The position numbers and the translations under genes are program-made. A DNA stretch of 61,254 nt, counting the filler, from Sphacelaria rigidula (lineage: Eukaryota), in assembly GCA_964200075.2 (NCBI GenBank). It is 8 parts of 8 records of this genome, joined end to end, with 100 filler letters (N's around TTAATTAATTAA, not from the genome) between each part and the next. Parts side by side here need not be neighbours in the genome. Positions count along the whole stretch, not along the records: positions 46,018 to 53,586 come from CAXNAA020014301.1; positions 53,687 to 61,254 come from CAXNAA020014302.1; 6 more parts are not named here. One strand, written 5' to 3'. Position 1 is the stretch's first letter; every line of letters starts with the position of its first letter. Positions 51,420 to 61,254 of this stretch are shown here, one piece after another. A model generated the notes under the pieces. That model searched no databases. It had not been told where the DNA came from and saw only the letters and a list, made by a program, of their open reading frames with translations.

Positions 51420-51660
51420 TGAATCATACATCGCCGATTCGAATCACCAAATCCACGATCGTTCAGGCCTGACTGCTTACAAAAGAGAGAAAAAAAATGA
51501 TCGCTGGTCGAGAAGGTCTTCACGCAATTTTTGCGCCATTCCACGTGCCTGGGTTGGGCGTACCTGCTGCGTTGCGACGCTGAAAACAAAGCCTAAGGAT
51601 TTATGTCACAATGAAATCAAGTGATTTCCAGACGAATCATCAATTCGTCCGACCCTCGAA
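51420..51660. repeat. Dispersed repeat
   Basis: Direct diverged copy at ~52870-53115 (CACGCAA.TTTTGCG.CATTCCACGTG, CTGAAAACAAA, GTCCGACCCT). Confidence 0.8.
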
Positions 51661-52194
51661 ACCTTGCGATTCGGAAGAGTGGCCAAGAGTTCCGTCGGCC
51701 AGTCGATGCACACAGCAGGGTGAAACGTAGCGTCGTCGGTGGGTGCGCTGCCGACTTTGCGGAGGGTTTCGGCGTATTGGTCCAAAGTATATTGGATTAT
51801 CAGCCGCCGATTCTGTTCGAGATGCCGATAATTGATTCCGTGCAAATACCAATCTACACCGCCATCCTCACATACCGTGCGTATCGCTGCAAATGTGCAA
51901 ATGTGCTCAAGTGGCGAAAAATGATCGTAGATACATACATGTTGGTGATGCCGCGGTAGCCCCCATCCCCCCCCCCCCCCCACCCCGAAACCAGCGCCAA
52001 GATTCTCGCGAAGAAAATGGCCACACAGCGCATCATGGCTGTTTTCAGAATGCATGAAGCGCCTCATATGGGCGACAGTGCCCAAGCCGATGCTCAGCGG
52101 GGCAGTTTCGAGTCGCTTGCTTTGCTGGGGGTTTGTCACTGTGATTCGCGTGTAGATTTTGCCTTCTCAGAGGGGGACTGTCGCGGCACCACTC

Positions 52195-52227
<33 letters not shown>

Positions 52228-53003
52228 TGTGTGTGTAATGCGATGCTTCATCGCGGTATTGCTGTGATGCAAGACGTATTGAGTGCGCCATGTTTCCAAG
52301 GATCTCCTTGTCAAACTGAACGTTTTTGAAAGCCGTTGACGTGCCGGATATGACGGCAGTATGACGTAAAATGGCGTGTTACTCCAAACATTTTTTCCCT
52401 TTGGACGCTCCTCCATGGAGGGTATCGCGCCGGTCCAACTGAGGGCCTACATTTCACCCCGAGGTATGGTGTCCAAGATATGGGGATTTCCTGCCTTGGG
52501 CCCATTATTATCGACACTAGTTTCCCGGGAATCTCCGAATTTTTCGGGAGTGGGAAGGTCCTTCATGACTCTCGGACGCTCGCGAGGGCCACGACGTACA
52601 CACAGGGCAGTTTTCCAAAGCGCCGCGTTGCAGTTCGAATTTTTCGAACTTTTCCAAAAATAAAATTTTAGAGAAAACTATCAAGCCGCTTCGCTCTCGG
52701 AGGAGTCTGAACGCAGAGTCTGCACAAATCCGAATATGTTTCATGTCTCAAAAAAAAAAATGCTCCGTCTCGAAAGGGATGCGTGGTCAATGGTCAAACG
52801 ACTGAGGCAAGCAACAAATGAGTACGCTCCCTCCCCTCCCCCCCTATGAAAGTGTATGTGATTCACGGTTAGGACGAATCATCACGGGTTCGAATAACAA
52901 CCAAACCCATGATTTCTTCGGCCTGATTGCCCATAAAGGAGAAAAGAAAAGTTGACCGCTGGTCCAAGGGGTATCCACGCAACTTTTGCGTCATTCCACG
53001 TGT

Positions 53004-53416
53004 CTGGGCTGCGTGTACCTGGGTTGCCACACTGAAAACAAACCCTAGGGATTGATTCGTACGATTCGAACCAACCACACTAAAACCAAGTTATTTCCAG
53101 ATTTGTCCGACCCTTGTTATGATTACACCCGCGGGATCGTGACTGATTTGAGGAGGCACATGAGGATCAAAATTCAAAAAGCCAGGTACACCCAATAGCC
53201 GGGAACTCCCTGGGCTGCGTGTACCTGGGTTGCCACACTGAAAACAAACCCTAGGGATTGATTCGTACGGTTCGAACCAACCACACTAAAACCAAGTTAT
53301 TTCCAGATTTGTCCGACCCTTGATATGATTACACCCGCGGGATCGTGACTGATTTGAGGAGGCACATGAGGATCAAAATTAAAAAAAGCCAGGTACACCC
53401 AATAGCCGGGAACTCC
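53004..53416. repeat. Near-perfect tandem duplication, 2 x ~206 bp
   Basis: CTGGGCTGCGTGTACCTGGG...CCGGGAACTCC at 53004 and 53210 with only a few substitutions. Confidence 0.93.
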
Positions 53417-54713
53417 CACGCTTGACATCGTTTTCGCGATTGTCGACCATGTACGGCGCTTCACACAGTCTGGCACCAGCTATCGTGCACTGCATAGTCA
53501 ATTTATTCGTGACAGGCTTGAGGCTGCTCTGGGGGGGGGGGGGGGGGGGAGTGCGCGGGAACAATTTGCCTTTCTCATGAACACCCNNNNNNNNNNNNNN
53601 NNNNNNNNNNNNNNNNNNNNNNNNNNNNNNTTAATTAATTAANNNNNNNNNNNNNNNNNNNNNNNNNNNNNNNNNNNNNNNNNNNNCTCGCCAATCCTGC
53701 CTGGCCCGGCAAAAACCCGGCGTTCTCCGCCCCGGCTTCGTCAGGGCGGACCCCCTATGAGCTTTGCGTCGGTTGGTCATGACGCTGTGAAACTCGCCGT
53801 TCACTGCGTACACTAGGCAACCAGGTCGCCGATTTGTTTCGCGCGCTTGTATTTTTTTTTTCGGCAGTCATGGTGGTAGTCGAGCTGGATCATATTGCAC
53901 GGGGTGGGCGAACGTCAACTCCGCGCAAAGGGTATGATCGTACTACGTTGTGTGTAAATGTTGAGACACCCATGAGGTGGTGTGAAAGCTTGACTGTCTC
54001 TGGAAGTGGCAACACCAGAAAATGAAGCAGCTCATTGTAGACTGTCATCCAAATGCAAAATAATCAGTAGGCTTCGAGCCGACAATCTCAAAAGGATGCA
54101 GCTCACCCTTAATGCGACTCGCTAAACACACCACGGGGCTGCGCGCTTGATGATTGATTGCCAGCCTGGTCGGGCGGAAACCCGGCGTGCTCCGTCCTGG
54201 CGTTGTAGGGATGCGAGGTCAACGGTTATACGAAAATGGTGTGCAGGATGATGACTACACACCCCACCCCACCCCACGCATTCCATTATTACCATCAAAT
54301 CTGCACGCTCTTAGCCCGTCGATCCCCCACCCCCACCCGCCTGCTCCCGCCCCCGCCCAACGAAAATTGTCACGTTTTCCGACGCGGGTACACCAGACGA
54401 GAGACTCGACTCTCGGGATTCAACCCTACGAAACCTACGCCTATATCTAGTGTTGATGCACCAGTTTGAGCACTAGGGCGCGGCGGGTTTAGCATGGTGT
54501 ATTGATACGCTCAAGCGGGAGCTTCGTTGTGCGCTGTATCCGCCTTAGCGTGCACACAAACTTGCATCAAGTTCTACCTCTTATTATCCACTACTTTTCT
54601 GTCGCCTATCCATCCAATCTCCGCTGCCACTCCACTATCGTCAATTTCGATCCGCACAGTCCGAGCTTGCTGCCAGTGGTACCTCTGCTGGATCATCATC
54701 GTCACCCGTCGTC

Positions 54714-57268
54714 ATGGCCGCCGCTGCTGCTGCGGAGCCTGCAACCGGAAACGGCAACATTGCCCAGAAATCTCCAAACGGACGTAGCATGGCTGACTCT
54801 CCGATATCCAGGGTTCGGGCCGACGTCGCATGGGCATCAGATCGGCTCACGCGAAGCGTCTCGCCAGTGGTAACGGAGGCGGAAGCGGAGATGGAGACTA
54901 GCGATGCTATCCCGACGGGTTCGAGCAATTGCAGGCCTGCTATGGATGAGCTCAAGACTAGCCCTGTCTCTCCCTCGGCAGCAAGTACCCATAGGAGAAA
55001 GAGGGGGGGGCATGATGGCGGAGTGGGGATGGTAATAGGGATTGCTCCCGTTGGCGCTAGGTCGAGAGGTAGTCCCGACGCCGAGGTGGGCACAGAAGAA
55101 AGGGGACAATCGGGGACGGAAGGCAGTGGGACGGCAGTAGCGGATGTTGGGCGGGAGACGGCGAAAGACACGGGATCGTCCGACTCACAGGCGACAAAAA
55201 GCAGAAGACAGCGACGCATTGAGGTTTCGAAGGCTGGTACTACGATGACCTCTGGCAGCGGAGCGTTTGATCATAAACATAATTCTGCGAAGGATTCGGG
55301 TACCGCAGCTTGCAAACAGGGCGATACCTTGAGCGGGGAAAGTGATAAGGGCGGTAACGGCGGTGCTATGAGCGAGACAGCAAGCCTGAGCAATGAACGT
55401 GCCGAAGCACGTTCTGGAGATCTGAATTATGTGTGTCTCCCCCAGCCTCTTGTGCTGTCGGGCTTCACGAAGGATTCAGCTGCGGGCGATGGTGTGCCGC
55501 TCGGAGGAGCAGCATCGGCTCATCCGGCGGCAGCAGCAGCCGAGGATGAGCTTGTCGAGGATGATAGTCGCCAAAAACTTACAAGGATAGAGGCAGCGAT
55601 GGAGAAACTGATGGCCGTGTTTGAGGAGGCAGATATCGTGCTGAGAGCCAGTAAACTGCAGGCCGTGTTTCAGGACGTGGATGCCGTGCTTCGCAGTGAT
55701 CCTTCACTGTCTTGGTCGTCTGTGTTATTGGATCCTGCGGCGATATCGGCGAATTGTGCAACCCTCGTTGCAGAGTGGAAGAAGTCCGCGGCGGGTCTTG
55801 GGAAGGGTGGTCATGCTGGCAAAGATGGAAGGAGAGTGATGAAAACGGTAGAGGGTGACAACCGCGACAGGGTGGTACTGCAGAGAGGTACGAAGAAGCA
55901 GTCATCGGTTTCCGCGTGCGAGGGACAGCAACAGCACAGCAAGAAGAGCAAAAAGAGACCGCGCCCCAGTGACAACACAACCACCACCAGCAGCAACACA
56001 ACGGCGGGTGGTAAGTCTCCGAACGATCGCCCGGCGCCCACGCACCCACATCTGTCTCCGCCAACCCCGCGGAGCCCGTCGCACTCCTCTCCAACCACCA
56101 AGCCGCCCATATCTGCGTCGAAAAAGAAAAAAAGGACCGAAGCACCGGGGACGGTGAGAAGAAAGGCATGCGGAACACCGCGCGGGACCGCGCCCGGCGG
56201 CGATGCGACGCAACGACTACGGAAGGGAAGGAAGGCCGGACAGGGGGCAGGATCCGGTAGGGCGGCGTTGGGCACGGAGGCAGCGGGTGCGGTGGCCAGG
56301 GTGCGATCACTGTGGCAGGAAACACCTTCCCGTGGCGACGTGGTCACTAGGGACACGGTGTTTGATCTTCCCTTGGAACCAGATGGTGATGATGACGATG
56401 ATACCGTGGGCATAGGCGAGGGTGTTCAGTTGTCGGTGCTGGCTTCTCCTGATGCTTTTGGAGGTAGTGTTGTTGGTGGTGGCGGAAGCGCTGGTGCAAG
56501 TGAGTACGGCGGGGTGCACGTTGGTAGCAGCAGCCCACCACCAAAAAAACGCAAGAGGAATAAGGAAGGAGAAGGGGATCCTGATAGGTATGTCCCTGGG
56601 CACAGTAAAGGGAAAGGAAAAGCACGGAGCAAGGATCAAAACAGAACAGATGGATCAAAGGAGAAATACGCGGGGCAGAAGTTAACGGGCGAAGCGAAGG
56701 GTGATGATCCACAACAGGGTAGAAAGCAAAAGGGAGAGGGCGCTGAGTCAAAGTCGGCAGTAAAGGCGAAGGGTGGCAAGAAGATGTTGGGCAGGGATGG
56801 GAAGGGTGATACTCGAGCACCGGGGAAGCGGAACGGAGGCGCTAGCGCAGAGGAGGTGAAGAGGAGGAAGACAGTTGACGACGTTGACGGTACTGCCGCA
56901 GCTACCGCGACCGCTACTACTGCTGCTGCTACTGCTTATGCTTGCACACCAGCGAAGCAGAAAGGGGGAGACACGAACGCCGAGGGCGTGAAGAAAAATA
57001 TGAGCACTGGTAGTGATGTCTACGGTGCCGCCGCTGCTGCTGCTGATAATTCGACGCCGGCGAAGCGGAAATCAGCAGAAACTAGCACCGGAAAGACGAA
57101 GAGAGTTAGCGGTGCCAACAGTGTTGCCGCCGTTCCCGCTATCGCTACTGCTGCCTATACTTTGACACATGCGACGCGAAAAGGGCAAGGCGATAGCACC
57201 GCGAAGGCAAAGAAAAAAAAGGGGGTCAGTGGTTTCGAGAAGTGTGCGGCTACTACTGCCACTGCCAC

Positions 57269-57303
<35 letters not shown>

Positions 57304-59276
57304 CCGCTGCCGTTTCTGCTGCTGATGCTTTGACACGGGCAAGGCCGAATGGGGGAGATGCTAGCACCGAGAAGGCAAAGAAAAAGAGGAGGGGTGGCGG
57401 TGCCGGCAGTTCCGCAGCTGCTACCACTACCGCTCCTGCTGTTTCTACTACTTTGACACCGGCGAAGAAAGGGAGGGACTTCGGCATCAAGGTAAAGAAA
57501 GGGGTTAGTGGTCTCGGCGGTGCGGTCGTCGCTACCGCTGCTGCTACTGCTTCTGCCGATACTCTGAGACCTACGAAGCGGAAAGAGGGAGATGCTAGTA
57601 CCGAGAAGGTGGAAAAAAAGAAGACGGTTCGCGGCGTCGATGGTGCCGTCGCCGCCGGCGCTACTGCTACCGCTACCACTACTACTGCTGCTGCTTGTGC
57701 CGCTGCTGCCGCCGCTGCAAACGGCAAGAAGAAACGGAGAGAGGTTAGCATCGAGAAGGCTGAGAGGAAAAAGAAGACGGTCAGCGGTATCGACGGCGCT
57801 GTTCACCCTGCCGCTGCCGCTGCGACACCGAACGGCGAAGACAGGTGTTTCCCATCGCCGGTACTGTCATCATCTCACACATTCGCCACGCCCCCTGACG
57901 ATGCTGCTGGTACGAACACTGGCGGTAGAGAAGCCGAGGGCAGGAATGCATGTCAAGGACAACAGCAGCAGCAGCAGCAGCAGCAGCTACATCAACAAAG
58001 GAAGATGACGATGACCGGTGCATTGCCATCGCCCCCCACCGCCGGACCTCCATTTGCATCCGCGTCGCCGTGCAGTGATGCTCTACCATCCTCGACGGCG
58101 ATGACAGCGTTGTCCGCGGGCAAGAAGGGGAAAAGGCTGACTTCGAAGTCATCATTAGGTGCTGCCAGTGCTGCCAACTCGCGCACCGCGGCGCTCGAAT
58201 CGCGCCCGCTATCGTCTTTTGCGCCCATAACGAAATTGACTCCTTCCGAATCATCGTCGTCTGCCGCATCATCATCGAAGCCGTCTTCTTCTGAGGCCAA
58301 TGAGACCTCCGGCAAGAAGTCCGCCTCATCGTCAAGTGGTCGGAAGTCGGCCTCGCATCCGCCATCGTCTTCTCCACCCATAGCGAAACGATCCAAGTCG
58401 GAATCGTCGTCGTTTTCTGCATCATCATCGAAGCCGTCTGTGTTTGAGTCTCACGTGACTGCCGCCAAGAAGTCGGCCTCCGCGTCAAGCGGGAAGAAGC
58501 CGATCTCGACAGCCAAGTGGCCTCACTCCTCTCTCGCTGGCTGTGCCCGTCTGGCACCACCCTCACCTAATTCTCCAGATCCGTTTATGCCTTCATCACA
58601 CTCAAAGTTTCCCCATCCCAAAGCTGCGAAGATTTCCGATTCTCAGTCTCCCAAGATCACCAAGCCCATATCTGCGAAGATTTCCAACCCCAAATCTCCC
58701 AAGATCTCCAGGCCCACGTCTCCCAACATCTTCAGCCAGCATCCGCCGCAGGTACTCAGACACGTATTCCCAGAGATATCCGAGCCTTCTCCATCTCCTG
58801 ATACATCCGCTATGAAATCGCCGTTATTCTCTCATGGTATACCCACTCGACGGGCGAAAAAGAGCAGGAGCGGCGAAGGGGGCTGTGGCGGTGTGGCGTT
58901 TTCCGGTTCGGGTCCAGCGTCGCACCCAACGCCTACACCTGCTGATGAACTGGCAGTGTTTTCCTCTCCGGGCGCCGCTCCATCATCGTCGTCGTCAAAC
59001 GTGGCCGCTGCACAGCGGCTGGGTGAAGGGACAGGAGTAGAGGATTGCCCGGGTATCTGGACACGATATTTGGAGACTGGCTATGGCTTCGGAAGCAGTG
59101 GCAGCGGCGATGGTAGTGGTGGTGGTGGTGGTGGTGGTCCTGGCGATGGCGATGGTTATGGTTATGGTTATGGTTTTGGCGACGGTTTTGGTGATGGTTT
59201 TGGCGGTGGTGATGGCGATGGTGATGGTGATGGCGATACTAATCTTGCTGAAATGGAGCAACTATCGATAGCTTAG
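54714..59276 (+). CDS. 1520-aa low-complexity, Lys/Ala/Ser/Gly-rich protein of unknown function
   Basis: A 4.56-kb uninterrupted ORF whose simple repeats are all frame-preserving (polyA, polyQ, polyG, GDG/GYG). It has many basic NLS-like clusters, one helical-looking segment (~55560-55790) and no domain that I recognise. Confidence 0.8.
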
Positions 59277-59949
59277 GAAGCTACTCGATGTTGCAGATGG
59301 TCAGACGTGGATTCTGGTGGATAGCAGGAGTCAATCGAAAAATGCTGTAGTTCTTCAATTGGTCTCCGATGCAGGATTGTACGTGGAGTAGGCACGGAAG
59401 ACGTGGCAGGACCGTACCCTGTTGTCGAAGAGGGGGAAGTTGTAATACGAGGTAACCTTGGGCGAGCCATGGGATCCAGTTTGTGCTCAGCTTGTCCACA
59501 CTTCACGCCTTTGGATTGACAGTGTCTTGCGATTAGTCCTGCAACAAGCGTAAGCAATATAGAAGGTGCGTTGAGGTCTGGGTCTAAGGAGTCTGGGCAA
59601 GCGTGGACGCTGCCGCACTAGTGAAGCCGTTGTCCCATACCGGAGGATCATGTGCGTGTGGTCAGTCGTCGGGTTGGCTACTTCGGTATAACTTTTTCGT
59701 GCATTCGGGAGTGGTGGCGGCAGCATTCAGTGTGGCCTTGAGTCTTTTTTTTTTCAAGCTCCCACCACTCATTTGTACGCATGCGAAGTAAAAGGATTCG
59801 GATTCACATTTCCGTTGGCGCATTTTCCCTCCGCCCGTAATCCACCTCACGATTGCTTCCCCTTTTCAGTTCCAAGGTAGGTTCATTTGTAGAATCGACA
59901 CCATTCGCGTGTCTGAGAAATAGCAGTGGTTGCTACGGTCCCGCCATTC

Positions 59950-61254
59950 ATGCAGTGGTCACCATGGTCACTCACTGGCTCATCAGAAGCATGCTGAAAC
60001 AGCGGGTTCCACCTATGCCCCATGCCTCTAGGGCCAGTAGTATAAACGGTGCAAGACGTGGCACAAATGTTAAGCCGTCGCTTGTGCCCTAAACCCGCAT
60101 ACACCAGAGTGCGCCGCTCGCGCTTACCCGGTCATCCAGGCGATTGTGTGATTTCACGTCGTGTTGGTACAATGCTGGCCCTCTCAGCGTCTATTACTGG
60201 CGACTTTGAGACGTGTAGACTTCTGTCACTCAAGATCAGATTGCCACGTGGACTCCTGCCATGACGGGTATATGGACCTCAGCAGCTTTAGTTACTTATG
60301 TATTAACCCTCAGCATAGTAGAGGAGAACAGGACCATAGCTTCTCTCCACCAGAGTGGCAAAACCGGCTCTACTCGTCATGGAGGTCACCATCACAGAGT
60401 CCGGCAATCAGACCCGCAACTCTACCTACAATGTCCCTGACCTTAGGTTACAATGGTGGCTAGGGTCTACAGCACCCCAAAGCTCTACTACCAACAAGTA
60501 GTTACATCAGAGCTGGACAAACTCAGACATCCATTGGTGCCGGATAGTACCGTCGTTTTCCGCAAAGAATAGCAATCTCTTCCGCTGCTTTCGACAACAG
60601 CTCCATACAAGCCTGCCCTACTTCCGAACAACTCGCAAGAGATCCCCAGAAAATATCGTCCATCATGAACATGCAATCACGCTACTTGCACCACTTCGAG
60701 TTACAAAGCGATAGCTAGCGCCAAATTCTCAAGTATTCGCCCAAAACAGGTCTCTTGAATGTTGACCGGCACGAAACCGGAAATGTCAGCAAACCTCAAA
60801 TTCCCGAGCATTCGTGCCTCATCGTCCCTCTCATCCAAGACAAGGTACTTCTCAACATACAAAATGCACTCTTTGTACGTTCAACACCTGCGCAACAAAG
60901 TGCAACAGCCAAATGATACATCATCCTCACGCCAGAAGGAGATAAGTACCCAACAAGTCTACAACGCACCTGGCCTCTTGCTTCTGCAACACCGTAAAAA
61001 ACGTATGCATCGCATGCCTCCCTGCCGTCAAAGCTTCAATGCTTCAACTTGCCATCATTTCATTCAGACAATCAAAGGACTCAAACCGGTGTTCAAGTCA
61101 TGAATACTGATCCAACGGCGGCGAACGGACCTCGACCTCTGCCATCATTGATCACCCCTCGTGATCTCGATCTCGAACTCGTAATTTCGAGCAAATCCCG
61201 GACATTTCTAAATAACAGCAAATTGTGAGAATTGAGGTTTAACTCTGAAATGAG
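59950..61254 (-). mobile_element. Decayed hAT-like transposase remnant
   Basis: Frameshifted minus-strand motifs in the expected order: DLFWA/LENLAL (~60750), AVDPSHH (~60465) and DAER..LYQH..KSHNRLDDRV (~60190-60125), the last like the hAT dimerisation motif ERxFS..RNRL. Confidence 0.45.

Noticed and set aside
7571-53686. Regularly spaced palindromic TTAATTAATTAA as a CRISPR-like or biological periodic repeat
   Set aside because: Always embedded in N44 padding; it is an assembly linker.
54641-59271. Many overlapping alternative-frame and antisense ORFs
   Set aside because: By-products of the GC-rich triplet-repeat coding sequence of the 1520-aa ORF.

Overview
This is eukaryotic DNA, most likely a brown alga (Phaeophyceae). 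That is an inference from two EsV-1-7 repeat genes, short exons in long introns and Ectocarpus-like repeats. The window is not one locus. It is eight unrelated contigs of 7570, 7570, 7570, 7569, 7569, 7569, 7569 and 7568 bp, sorted by length and joined by artificial 100-bp N44-TTAATTAATTAA-N44 spacers, so nothing can be inferred across spacers. Genes: a partial kinesin-14 (6 exons), a 5-repeat EsV-1-7 gene, a 780-aa protein with 14 indel-free 114-nt EsV-1-7 repeats, a partial glyoxalase II, a partial gene resembling the STAND domain of soluble adenylate cyclases, a damaged SET-domain gene and a 1520-aa low-complexity basic ORF. Mobile DNA: two LINE relics, piggyBac and hAT relics, an internally deleted mariner, several TA-flanked MITEs, a long foldback, tRNA-like SINE heads and a 67-bp element always abutting a C-rich tract. 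The most interesting item is the 14-repeat EsV-1-7 array. It has a constant C-C-C-H scaffold with two fixed hypervariable windows, followed by an NLS-like motif and two SUMO-consensus motifs, which resembles a modular, recodable nucleic-acid reader. That function is a hypothesis. All family assignments come from manual motif recognition; no database search was run.
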